From: Ostrea edulis
Taxonomy: Eukaryota
Assembly (NCBI RefSeq): GCF_947568905.1
Contig: NC_079170.1
Coordinates: forward strand, 46,500,001-46,564,000
DNA length: 64,000 nt
Direction of reading: 5' to 3'
The translations under genes were made by a program, and so were the position numbers. Below the pieces are notes generated by a model, which saw only the letters and a program-made list of their open reading frames with translations, had not been told where the DNA came from and did not search any database. This document shows positions 1 through 16,127 of this stretch, in pieces (within the stretch, counting starts at the first letter, position 1; the number at the start of each line of letters is the position of its first letter).

Positions 1-414
1 TCTTATTGCTGACTTTTACAGCAGATAATTTCTTGTGTTGATTAAATATTTTCTTTGAAAACCTGTATTTATTGTCTTTCGCAAATTAGAAAAATATATG
101 CTCAGTCAATTCCAATACAAGTTATGGAATAATACATGGAAAATTAATGTTTATCTTACATATTATCATGTCAAGGACTCAGTAACGAAGGTCACATGTG
201 AGAAAAATCTCGAAAAATATACCATACTTTGACCTACCGTAAAAAAAAAATCTGTCATACTTAACTTGAAACAATTTGAGGTGAGTGTTCAACAGATATT
301 TACCATTAATAAACGCATGTTACCATATATATTTTGAATAGTCGATAAACTATGATTTTGAAACCCTCAATTGCACGCTTTTATTGACTTTGGGTGATAT
401 ATATTCATTGAGTA

Positions 415-418
<4 letters not shown>

Positions 419-464
<46 letters not shown>
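419..464. repeat. (AG)n microsatellite
   Basis: Uninterrupted AG run of about 23 units. Confidence 0.97.
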
Positions 465-466
<2 letters not shown>

Positions 467-750
467 CTACTTCAATGCACAATATCATTTCACAGGAAAG
501 AAAATTGATCACTGATATAAATGCAAGCTTTCAAGCATTAAACATTTCCACCTAATTTGTGACTGACAATATATTGGAAACTCACAGGAGTTGCATTGGT
601 GCTTATAATTGAATTCATCATAAAAATGAAATTTAAAAAATATTAGTTTCAATTTTGCATGTACAATGTATAGAAAATACTGACTTTGTATGTTAGAATA
701 TCGGAAAAAGTAAATTGTCAAAAAGTGGGGGAGGGCAGACCAGATCATAC

Positions 751-1811
751 TATGGAGCACCAAATTAACATAAACTCAAATAATTGAGGATATCTTCAAT
801 TATTTGAAGATATCATCAATTCATTTGATGCGCGCTACAACAATTTAATTAAAGATCTCTTCAAATAATTAATGATATCTTCAATTCTGAATTATTGCGC
901 ACATTAATTGAATTTATGAGAAAATTAATTCTTCAGCTGATTTGATGCGCGCTTTAATTGAATTAATGATCTCTTTAAATAAATTAATGATATCAACAAT
1001 TGAATTGATGCGCACTACAATTCAATTGAAGAGATCAATAATTGATATAATGTGCGCATTAAATCATATTGATGAGAGCAATAATTGAATTAATGCGCGC
1101 ATTAATTCATTTGATGAGAGCAATAATTGATTTCATGCGCGCATTAATTCAATTATTGCTCTCTTCAATTGAATTAATGATATCTTTAATTCATTTGAAG
1201 AGAGCAATAATTCTTTTAGAGAGAGCAACTATATAATTAAAGATATCTTCAATTCAACATATCCACAATTGAATTAATGATATCTTTAATTGAATTGTTG
1301 CTCTCTTTAAAAGAATTGATGCGCGCATTAATTCCTTATACAAAAGCATTGTAAATGATTTAAAGATATCTTCAGTTGAATTAAAGAGATCCTCAAATTA
1401 TTTATACCGAGCTCTAAATTAATTATTGCGAGCAATATTTCTACTAAATTGATCCTCTCGTCAAATGAATTGAAGAGAGCGATAATTGAATTAATGCGCG
1501 CATCAAATCTATTATTGCTCTCATTAATTGAATTAATGCACGCATCAATTGAATTGAAGAGAGCAATAAATGAATTAATGCGCGCATTAAATCAATTATT
1601 GCTCTCATTAATTCAATTGATGCGCGCATTAACTCAATTGATGAGAGCAATAATTGAATTGAAGCGCGCATTACTTCATTTGATGAGAGCAATAATTGAT
1701 TTAATGCGCGCATTAACTCAATTAAAGAGAGCAATAATTGAATTGATGATATCTTCAAATAATTGAAGATATCTTCAATTATTTGAGTTTATGTTAATTT
1801 GGCGCTCCATA
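751..1811. mobile_element. Non-autonomous DNA transposon with ~70-bp TIRs and an internal palindromic 21-bp satellite
   Basis: The left end TATGGAGCACCAAATTAACATAAACTCAAATAATTG... is the near-perfect reverse complement of the right end ...ATTATTTGAGTTTATGTTAATTTGGCGCTCCATA. The outer TA could be a TA target duplication. The interior is degenerate repeats around TAATGCGCGCATTA and GAGAGCAAT. A right-end fragment of the same family lies at about 17580-17746. Confidence 0.8.
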
Positions 1812-2530
1812 CAGATCCACTGCCCATCCCTATCCCCTGTATACGTGCCTGATATAATATTTTCACAAGTTCAATTCGTGTTGAAAAAATGGTGCACATA
1901 TATAAATTTCATTAAATCCCAAAGGAGCTCGAATTTACGTATTCTCCTATTAATTATCTTGTCTGCAATATTCGTCCCCGAAAATTTAGAAACATACTTT
2001 CGGTCAGAGCAGAAATGAATTCGTTTTGAAGTATCTAGATTTAATGCAAATGAGGGTTTCTTTCCTTTAATTGCATTAGACGTGGGGAAAAAAAAACCCA
2101 AATATATATATAGCTTTGTTTTCATTGATATCTAAATCAGTATATGAATCCGGATATATGAATTTATATTATACTTTTTTCGTGACCGTATAGATATTGA
2201 TATTTGTTTAGTGTTATCCTTGTTGTCATTCATCTTTTTTATGATAATTTTACATGGCAAGAAATTTTGAAGAATCCTATTTTTCCATTTTTATACCAGC
2301 TGCCCCCCCCCCCTCCCTCCCGAAAAACAATAGTATGTGCCTGGTTATAACATTGTGCGTTGCTACACATGCGATACTGATTTTATGGTGTAGAATTGTA
2401 CCCGTTTTAAGTTTTTAATTCAAAACAATAATAAAAAGAAAAACAAAAACTTGCAAGCAAAATATAGGTGTTTTGTCTAGATTACGTTCATTCTTGTCAA
2501 ACGAATTATTACTGAAAATGTTTAATTTTA

Positions 2531-2930
2531 TTGTCTTCCCTCAATTATTATAATAAAACTAAAAAGCGAGCTGCTAGAGTGATTTTAAATAGCAATTTTT
2601 GTACACCTACAACAGAAATGATGCAGCAACTTAGATGGATGCCTCTGTCAGACTATTTTGTATATAGAACTATCATTCTTGTCTTCAAAGTTGTACATGG
2701 CCTAACTCCCGACTATCTACATGTAGATGTTTTTCAGTATGTTCACGAAATTAGCAGTAGATCTACCAGATAAGTCAAAGTAATTCAATATATCCAGAGG
2801 CATCTTCACAAGTCAAGGGTTAACTTGGTAAAGAATAACCCTCGACTTGTGAAGATGATCCAGGGGACAGACACACCATCTTAAAATATCTTTTACAGTC
2901 ATGGAATAATATGCCAGATTTTTTAAAATA
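2531..2930 (+). mobile_element. 3' fragment of a CR1/L2-type non-LTR retrotransposon (RT C-terminus)
   Basis: ORF peptide KRAARVIL...LRWMPL...ILVFKVVHGLTPDYL...SRSTR, followed by a SWNNMP-like ending. This is the typical post-RT tail of CR1/L2 LINEs. It is interrupted by the hairpin at 2801-2857. Confidence 0.7.
2801..2857. mobile_element. 57-bp hairpin mini-MITE with 9-bp TSD
   Basis: 22-bp arms with 1 mismatch (CATCTTCACAAGTC...GACTTGTGAAGATG). Flanks are ATCCAGAGG (2792-2800) and ATCCAGGGG (2858-2866). Confidence 0.7.
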
Positions 2931-3004
2931 TCTAACAGCTGGTGGACTAGCTAAGTACTTCATTACTAGCTTGAAAATACGAATGTATATGTAATTGCTA
3001 GGAC

Positions 3005-3225
3005 AAAATTTAGAAATTCATTTCAAAATTAAGGATCATCTCCCTCACGCATAGCTCTTATCCTTCAAAGAATTTGATTCCACTTTTTTGCCTATAATAG
3101 CTCTAAAACTTCATTGTTATTTCGGATTTCAAACATTTCGGTTGAGCATCACTGAAGAGACATAATTTGTCGAAATGCGCATCTGGTGCATCAAAATTGG
3201 TACCGTATAAGTTTTACATTGAAAA
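3005..3225. repeat. Dispersed repeat (second copy at ~38470-38650)
   Basis: Shared sequence AGAAATTCATTTCAAAATTAAGGAT...GCATAGCTCT...TTATTTCGGATTT.AAACATTTCGGTTGA.CATCAC.GAAGAGACAT. The family was not assigned. Confidence 0.7.
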
Positions 3226-3494
3226 CTTTTAAATCCTTTTATCTTAGTTTTTTTTTGTAATACTAGAAATCAAAAACATAGATTTGTTTTTGTTTATTTT
3301 CAGTTTTAAGTATGTAGATAGCATGTGTATGTAACATACCTTCATATACTATTTTATATTGTATCTGTATATTACTGCTGTCTGTCTGTCTATATATATA
3401 TATATTATATGTGTGTGTGTGTTTTCAGGACAACAATGTAAACTATTTTTTTTTAAAACTAATTGTGCTATTTTGTTTAAATAAAGGACGTTAT

Positions 3495-4095
3495 TATTAC
3501 CTTAATTTGGCATTTTCGTGATTATCTCCTCTTTGAAGGGAGCATGGCCCTTCATTTGAAAAAAAACCGAAACAAATTTAAAAATCCCCTTCACCTAGGG
3601 ATGCTTTGTGCAAAGTTTGGTTAAAATTAGCCTGCTAGTTCTGAAGATTTAATTTTTTTCTTCATATTTTTGCTATTATCTCCTCTTGGAAATGGACGTT
3701 GCCCTTCATTTGAACACATGGATCCCCTTCACCCAAGGATTCGTCACCTCCTAGGGTAAAAGACTACCTATTCCTTCCAAATATCCATTTAGTTTCAGTA
3801 GTATTAAAGTAGTTTTATCTATTTATAAATGTTTTGCAGATACACACTATTTACAAAGTTTGACCCCGTCCTGGAGTCAGAACCTCTAAACCCAGGGATC
3901 ATGAAATTAACAGTTTTGGCAGAGGCCTTTGTGCTCTATATCACTATGCAGTTAGTTTTCCTCAAATATGCAGTTTTTGCGATCTTCAAAAATTGGTCGA
4001 TTTTTGCCCCACCCCTAAAGCCTGAGAGAATATGTCCTCCTTATCCCAGAGAAGCTTCACACCAAATTTGCCGTTTTTCTAAAATTATTATTCCC
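3495..4095. mobile_element. Helentron/Helitron non-autonomous fragments, including Cg170-like satellite monomers
   Basis: CCCTTCATTTGAA...CCCCTTCACC.A.GGATGCTTTGTGC.AAGTTTGGTT.AAATT.GCC resembles the oyster ~166-bp Helitron-associated satellite as I recall it (about 1.4 monomers). A second Helitron-type internal repeat follows at about 3845-4090. Confidence 0.6.
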
Positions 4096-5829
4096 AGAAC
4101 AAAAATCGTTCTGATATGTTATTAAGTACATCTGTTTCTTTTAAGTCAAGAATAAATGTTTTGGTTTTGTTTTCAATGTTTTCTTTGAAAAGATGTAATG
4201 TTTCTATGTAGGTATTCGTAAAGTAACCAACATATTGCATCCACCGAGTGCATTCGCACTATGACTATCGGTGTTCAGAGCTGCTTTTTCATGCGTTTCC
4301 AACAAAATTTTTCAAAAAAACCCCACCTGCCTGCCTGGTCTGTTTTAAAAGTCAGACCCGGGGGAGGGGAAACAAACATTCTTTTAAATATGGCCCAATA
4401 TGCTGTTGTCTTCCACCAGTATCCAATTAATCCCTTTCAAAATGTTTGCCAGTCGTTCTATGTAACAAGTTAATTATTCTAAAATGCAGTTTTTCTGACC
4501 TCTGAAGTATGAAAAAGAGCAGATACATGAAATCAAAAAAGAAAATACAGAAACTTTAGCTAGTTTAATTTACTATTTAAAAAATGAACATTATAGCACA
4601 AATAGGTCATTGATGTGGGAGGACACCCATGTGCTCGAGTGGGAAATGCAAGACCCACAATCTCGTGTCTGGATAGCTCAGGAGTCGACGTACTCGCCTC
4701 TCACTGCTGTGATTCCAGTTCAACCTCCAGATCAGCATGGGTTATATTGTATGACGATTTTAATCAAATGTGCAAAATAGGATAATGTTTGTATAGTGTC
4801 TGAAAAACCTGTGGATACATCTATGTACATTTCATAAACATGAAGAAGTACTGTGATCCTAAAAATATGAATAGCATATTTTTTTGTTTTATATGCAAAA
4901 TGTACTCGCCCTAACTTTTGATTTGACAGTGTTTTTTTCTATGCAGGAACATTCCATACTAACTGATCAGACCCATACAAGTATTTGACCTGCATGCTCT
5001 CATAATACATGTATATCTAGATCCCAAATTTCAATTCAAAATATCCAGATATGGCCAAGACAACGAGTGGAAACTACGAGTTATAAGTCCAAGGAAGCAC
5101 AATTCTGTCTAAAATCAATCAACCAAAACTAAATAATGACTTTACCAGGATATTCTTGATATGTTTCATGTGCATCCGTGGCAGAGATCATAAACAGACA
5201 CCAAATTATGATAGAAAAAGGACAATACTATATGTCCCCGCCATTTCATGACAGGGACATAAAAAAGAACTTGTATTTCTTTCATTATGATGCAAAATAC
5301 AGGGCTCATGGTTTTTGGGATTGGTATTTGATTGGACAAAAAACCCATTAAGCATGCTGTTTTGTAAATTAGAAGTAAATTTTTGAAACATGTACACGTG
5401 TAAGATTCACTATCATACGGTATGTTCTGACACTAAATCTTGTACATGTTTCAAAAATTAACTTACAGTTCACATAGGTATTAGAATTCACAAAATATGG
5501 GTCCTCTCAATCAAAATGATTATAATACAGATGTCTCAAATTTCGCACAACACACGGTGATACAGAAATGATCATGTATATCAAATGGTGTCATCTAGGA
5601 GGAAAGAATAATACAAGCATGATTGAAAAAAAGACTCGGTCTTACATCTTATGTCAATATATTTACAACAAATTTTCTAGTTCAAATAAAAACATGACGG
5701 TAGATGTCTACAAAAACGTGAAAGTGCATGAGTCACAGAAACTGGCATGTAAAAACAATAATGAAGTATGACGCGATGTGTGATGAATATAACGAGGATT
5801 GCTGCCTCTTCCTCACTGAGGAGAAGTTA

Positions 5830-9768
<3,939 letters not shown>

Positions 9769-10092
9769 TGTTTTTGTTGATAAAAAATTTACAATGTGAA
9801 TAAATCTTTTCTGATGCGACAACCCGGCGTGCTTTCAACGTTTGGATGGGCATGCGCACTCTGTAAAGATCAATGTTTTTAAAAAACGAAATTTTTATAA
9901 AATATTGTTTGAAAATAAATTTTCATTCTTATGCAATAAAAGATACATAGAAAAACTTAAACTATCTTATTCGTAAAATGTAAAAAAATATCTAGTATAT
10001 ACTTCTGACATTTAATATATTCGTTTTGTTAAATTTCGAGTCATCAAGAAAGCCAGACACCGGGAAGGAGGGAAAATATGTAAATAACGAAC
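9769..10092. promoter_or_regulatory. Putative bidirectional promoter shared by SNRPF and MED20
   Basis: Only 324 bp separate the divergent ATGs. An NRF1-like core GCATGCGCA lies at 9850-9858. Confidence 0.7.
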
Positions 10093-13000
10093 ATGGGAGT
10101 AGTTTGGTGGGTAAAATATCCACGAATTGTATTCTTAGGCAACTTTTCCAATGTAAAAACAAATAATTTTCACTAGCATAGCAAAGAGTGTGCAAGTTTA
10201 GTCACAGTACATAAATATGAATGACCACCAGCCTAGGAAATTCGGGATGTAGGATTTGTTTACATCCAAATCTGAAATACTCGTGTATATTGGAGTATTT
10301 AAAGCAAGACCACTTGAATAAAATAATAAACTATTTCCTTAATACACCATTGAATCAATATTTATCATGTTATGATACCCGGAGTAGAGAGTCATTTCTG
10401 TTAACTTCAAATTATTTAAAAGTGCTGTTATTATTTTTGAACTCAAGTGCCAGTGAGCAAGACCCCATAAAAAGCATGCTTTAGGACTGGAATATTCATA
10501 CAAGTAGTTGACAAAATTCTTCCAATTAGCCTAGAACAAACGAGTTAACATATATTGAATAAATATGTAACACGAAGGGAGAAAATGCAACGGACCAGAC
10601 CGGGTTTTCGAACCTGAATCACTAGTCAAGTGCTCTACTAATCTCGGCTGAGATTCGGCTTGGCTGAATATTTAGACTGAAGCCTTCACCGAATCTCAGA
10701 GCAGTCCTTCATAATTCATGTCTGGAAATTTACTTTCGGCTTCGGTCGGTTCTAGCAATTAATGTGCACTTAGGTGACACTACCTTTCGCTTCAGAAAAG
10801 TGATTTGACTGTTAAACTAATCTCTATCACAATTAATTTTACCGTCTAGGTATGAAAATCCCAAAATGAAAATAGGCACTAAATTTTCCGTTCAAATGAC
10901 AACTTCCATGGCACAATAATTTATCTTCTGAAAGTGAAGAGTTTATATAGTCTGTTTTATCTAGTTACTGATAGGTTGTATCTCCTCATACCTATTTGTA
11001 TATCGCTAATTTAAAAAACAAACTAATAGGAACTCTTCATATTTTGAAGATAAGATATTGTGCCATTTAAGTCATCATTTGAACCGAAAACTTTAGTGAT
11101 AGTTTATTTTATGGAATAAACATTCTTATACGGTAAGTAATGCAGCTTAATAGTGATACAGATTTGTTTTAATAGTCAACTACCTTATTTGAAGCAAACA
11201 GCAGTGTCACCTAAGTGCACATTAATTGCTAGAACATATTAGAAAATATTATTGTATGTAAATCAAGCCACATCTTTTACTAAAGCATTTTCTTAAAGCA
11301 GAGGATGCAGGGTACCACAGTCTCATTTATTACGTGTAATCATTTTAATTTCTGCAAAATGAGCACAGAGATCTCTAATTTTTAGAGTCAAACTCCAGTT
11401 GAAATGTTTAAAGTTTGTGAAACAGCAATTCTTTCACATGTATGATAGTCTGATATATGATGATTTGATTCTTGTGCCATGTTGGAGACTATGGTAGGGG
11501 TTTAAGTTGTGGTTAATCAGGGGTCGAAATTAACTTTTTCTACCACAGGCTAATTTTAGCCTGTGGGTAAAAAATCCACGGGCTAAAATAAAAATAATGA
11601 AGCGGTGCTCTTTTTTATATTTTTTTTAAATCAATGATTTTCCCCATCATTACTGAGCCTAGTGGGTCAACAGGCATCGTTTGGACAAGACACTAAGTTA
11701 CATAAGTCATATGGTGCAACATTTAGGTCTCTTGATTATCGCACCTCTAATCCACAACTTGTTTACCGCAGGTCTAGATCCAGTCTTCCAATTTCATACC
11801 ACATCAAGGTCGTCACTAGTGATTTTTTAAAGCGAATACCGGATTCATGATTTTATAAGCAGCACGATCACGAGTCCTATCAACTTTTATGATAATCGTC
11901 TACGCGGTGAGCAGTGCACTTGAGTCATCACTACAACCCGACCTCAATATGACAATAAATTTAGATAGGACATTCTCATGATTCTGATAAAAATAACTAG
12001 CGGAAGATTTGGTAAAACATAGACTCCGATATTTTTTTAGATAAAAGAATAACAAAAACTTCATACTTGGAATTCAATTTAATCACCCCTATAAGTGAAC
12101 AGGACTCGTGGCACATGTTGATATGTGATGTCCTACCTCTAAAACATTTGTTTGACTCCGAGTTTCTTAAAAAATCATAAAAGAAAAATCTGGATAGAAA
12201 CGGTTGTTGAAATCGGTCGTTGATGTAAAGCGTTTGTATGATTCAGAGTGCAAATTTAAGAAAAGCGAATAGCGCATCACCGTGTAAAACAGATACGATC
12301 ATAGTTTGTAAATCACCACTCGCTAAGATTTTCGAGTATCCACTATTCTTACTCGCTATTTTTCAAATGTACTCGCATTTTGCGAGTATTTCTCGCTAAT
12401 TTCGAGCCCTGGGTTAATGCACCTAAACTAGACTTTGTGTGATCCATGGGTATGTTATGTTAGCACCAAGAGTTCTTTATTTTGATCGTACCAATGCCTA
12501 CAGCGAGTCTGTGACAGAAGACGTCCAAAAGACAACTTTCACTTCAGATGGCTCAAACTCACAAACTACCAATCACAAAGTGAATGCATGTTTAATGAAC
12601 TGTATTTTTCAGTGTGTTTTCCTGCCCTGTGCCTGAGGGCAAGAGTGGACAGCAGGTGGTGGATGGCCTCCAGAAACAGGTGGAGATGATGGGGGCTAGC
12701 AAGGCAGGGAACTTTCTGGTTGACTGTGAAACTTACCAGTCCAATCCTCAGAACGTCATGCAGACAGGTGAGTAGTACCAGCTGTCCTTGTCAATTAAGA
12801 TCATAGTGAGAGGCGTACAAGACTGTGAAATGGGCACACATACATTACAAGATTGTGAAATGGGCACATATACAAAATTGTGAAATGGACACATATACAT
12901 TACAAGATTGTGAAATGGGCACATATACGTTACAAGATTGTGAAATGGGCACATATACATTACAAGATTGTGAAATGGGCACATATACATTACAAGATTG

Positions 13001-15367
13001 TGAAATGGGCACATATACAAGATTGTGAAATGGGCACATATATATGTACATATACAAGATTGTGAAATGGGGACATGTACAAGATTGTAAAAGTGCATGT
13101 AATTATGGGAAGAGTCTAGCACAGGTACTTTGTAATTGAAAGGTTTTCCTTGAGAAAAGTACATTTCTTAACAAAAATGTTTGTCAGGACATTTTTTTTT
13201 TCAAAAAGGGGAAGAAATATTTTATATGAATGTTTTTTATTTTATTAACAGCTCAACAGTGTTTGGTTCACATCTTCCACAACAGTGAACATCCGGCATC
13301 CTGTTTCGCTGTTACAGAATCAGGACAGATTTTAGTGTCGGACCTTCTCTTTGAAGATTTAATGTCAAAATTAACCATGGCGAAAGCTGGCAGAGAGAGC
13401 TTTTATTCTCAGAGAAAGGGATTCAAAATTGAGTCAAGGGGACAGCGATATGAAATAAAGGATTTCATTATCAAGATAGGCTCCGTTTCTTTGGCCTCCA
13501 ATTTCAGAGGAATTTTGGTTGAGGTGAGTCATGGTTAATATAGTTCTAATCATGGTCAGCTGTTCCTGAAGTAATGTATTAAAAGATGGATGCACAGTAG
13601 AGACAGAAATATTTCACAAGGTTGGAGGGTTCTCATTCTGCGGTGTGTGAAATTTACAGTTTTCCTTCAAAGATTAACATCCAGTATAATTATAGTAGGC
13701 CAAAAAATTCACTGGAAATTAGATTTATTGTGTTGCCTTTCAAGGATGACGACATTTACGAATTACTCTGTCCATCGACTAGTGGTCTCTCTGTCCATCA
13801 CACCTAAAAACTTTATATTCATAAGAGAAGAATGTCGAGATTTAACAAAATAAGTACATTTCCTTGTGCAAGTTTCCTTTGATATATATCATGATTAATG
13901 TCACCATGTCAGGCGACAGATGCACACTGGAATACTCTTGTTTTACTATGTGTACTTGTATTATGTTTTGTCACCAATAAACCACCAATTTAACCCCAAC
14001 AGAATATGACATGTGAATGTGTAGTTTTTTTCCTTTACAGTCTTAACATTATGTCTCCCAGTCTATCACATTTTTAAAAACCTTTTTATTGTCTTTTGAT
14101 TGTTCCAGATGGTTTAATTTAGATAACTGGATTTTTTTAAATATATATATATATATTTTATTTAATGCCTAATTTACACAAAGATAAACATGTAAATTTT
14201 ACATATTCACATTAATTCATATAGATAAGATCTACAAATGTATGTTTATACTATAGTATTGGAAGAGTTATCTGCCTTTGCAATATCACCTAAAGAAGTG
14301 GTTGGGTACTTGCTGGCTCTGAGGTCAATAGCAAATTCATCATTTCTCAACACAGCAGCTGCATTTGTTTTTGCAGAATTGCAGCATTGGAAAAAATATA
14401 TGTGTATGTTGTTGCTCTCAAGGAGGACAATAATTTTACTCTTGTTCGAATAGCCAGTAAATAGACATTTTGGATATCCTACAAAGTATAGATTAAATCT
14501 TCTAAAAAGTAGAAAGATTGGAGAATGATACAGGTGTAATTCTGATTTTTACTGGAGTTAACAGTATTACAATAATGTAGCCCTTGGTTCCCTGATTTCG
14601 TTATCCAGACATTTCTGGAGAAATTTAGAAATGTTGAAAATTGGGGAGGGGTACATTATTACAGATCAATAACATCAGAAAAGCATGGGATTATATAACC
14701 CACCATTCATTAGCCTTGGCGTCATTTACCAGAAGTTAAAATAGACAATTTTTATCTATACTGATTATTATATTCATGTACATAACTTTTATTCTTTTGT
14801 ATTTATACTCAATTATTACATGTAAACACATCTGTTAAAAACTGACTTCTACATGTACAATAAACATGGATAACAGAATTATTCCATCTCATATAATGCA
14901 CAGTTTGTGTTGGGTATTTAATTCAGAAAATATACATGATAGTACTAGTATTTTCAATTAAAGAGTTTACTTTTAAAAGACGTTCTTTTTTTAAGAAAGT
15001 AATATTTTAATTCTTGTGCATTTCTAGGTAGTGTACAATACAAGCATATTTAAATGATTGTCTCTGTTGTCATGATTGCTGATGGAAAGTACATGTGTAT
15101 GATGAATCACTATATATTTACTCATTAATTTATTTGTTTAAATTTTGATTGTAGGTAGAATATTGCCCTTGTGTTATCCTAAACGATTGTTGGAACCTGA
15201 TGAAAGAACTTCTGCAGAGTCTGGTGGGGAATTCAGCAGATGCTCCCCCGTCAGCTTTAAAACACAAGCCAGACACCATCTATACACCATCCGATACAAT
15301 TCTACAATATGTAGAACATTTTAACAATTTCAGGAAGGCAGTGTCGGCACCTCCACCAAGCAGGTGA
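10093..15367 (+). CDS. MED20: Mediator of RNA polymerase II transcription subunit 20, 4 coding exons, 217 aa
   Basis: Exons 10093-10106, 12613-12767, 13252-13523 and 15155-15367; GT-AG with consistent phases, 654 nt. Protein [21 protein letters not shown]...FLVDCETY...[10 protein letters not shown]...[21 protein letters not shown]...RGILVEVEYCPC...[19 protein letters not shown]...SR* matches Med20 motifs throughout. Confidence 0.96.
10563..10638 (-). mobile_element. 3' half of the tRNA-like LTR (same family as 8311 and 58211)
   Basis: The reverse complement reads GTAGAGCACTTGACTAGTGATTCAGGTTCGAAAACCCGGTCTGGTCCGTTGCATTTTCTCCCTTCGTGTTACA, ending in the LTR-type TGTTACA. Confidence 0.75.
10639..11235. 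mobile_element. Second copy of the foldback MITE, right TIR truncated by ~100 bp
   Basis: Starts TAATCTCGGCTGAGATTCGG, is collinear with 8388-9099 and has the central loop in the same orientation. The left flank GTGCTCTAC is the reverse complement of GTAGAGCAC. Confidence 0.88.
11518..12411. mobile_element. Non-autonomous TIR transposon (hAT/P-like), 894 bp, in MED20 intron 1
   Basis: TIRs CAGGGGTCGAAATTA and TAATTTCGAGCCCTG. The direct repeat GGTTAAT flanks both sides (11511-11517 and 12412-12418). Confidence 0.75.
12816..13095. repeat. ~30-bp minisatellite, ~9 copies (MED20 intron 2)
   Basis: Unit TACAAGATTGTGAAATGGGCACATATACAT with some shorter variants. It explains the periodic ORFs at 12748-13164. 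Confidence 0.92.
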
Positions 15368-16127
15368 TCCAAGGTCATTCGGGAGTGGATTCTGAGGAGT
15401 GTTGTTCTAGTGTGGAATTGTCATTGTGGCAAGGTTTCTGCAAGCAGTCCAGATTCTGTTCAAAAACACTAGCAGGCTACCATTACTGATGTTTGAGAAA
15501 GGTGCAATTATTTTCAGTAAAATAATTTTGGACAGTTTATTTTTAAGACATGAATGAGTTATAGAATAATATTTTGCATGAGAATTTTATGAAGGTTACA
15601 TTTAACTGGCAGATTTTTCATGTTCTCTGACAAGGCTTCCTGAAACAATTTCTCTTTCATGTTGAGAAGCAAGATAGGAAATGTATTCATTGCAGTGTGA
15701 CAAATACTATGTACTAGTCTGAACATCAAAATGCCTGAAATATAGAGTGCATATTACATGTATATAGAGAATGAAACTGGTAAGCAGTATGAAATGCAGG
15801 GGTTATGACCATTGTTAAAGATTTACATGTATCACGAGCATGGATGAGGTAAAACTATTTGTGTCCACATGAACAATGTCCATTGTCTTTGGATGTATTT
15901 TCATATGGTTATGAAGAAAAGAAAAAAAGAAACAAAAAAAAAAACTATTGGTGTGTGTTTGATTTATTCAATGGCTTTTTAAATCATATTCAGAATTAAA
16001 TCATTCCCAACAACATGATGGACGTGATATATGTATGTATGAAGCTTGGTACAGAAAATATGTTCTCTCATGAGCATGTGAGATTTTGGCATGGAACAAT
16101 ATAATGGTGCTGTTGCTCTGGTGATGT

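Noticed and set aside
1444-1766. Overlapping antiparallel leucine-zipper-like ORFs
   Set aside because: They arise from a self-complementary 21-bp satellite inside a TIR element, which is why both strands give the same heptad.
5373-5464. 19-bp-arm hairpin downstream of SNRPF as a regulatory RNA
   Set aside because: It is AT-rich and lies within probable Helentron-derived sequence, so it is more simply a transposon subterminal repeat.
12748-13164. Cys/His-rich periodic ORFs (also 19508-19898, 55887-56213, 6412-6633)
   Set aside because: They are translations of intronic or intergenic minisatellites.
14290-14358. 69-nt AG/GT-bounded antisense exon-like segment in MED20 intron 3 ([24 protein letters not shown])
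   Set aside because: Weak polypyrimidine tract, no recognisable homology and no partner exons.
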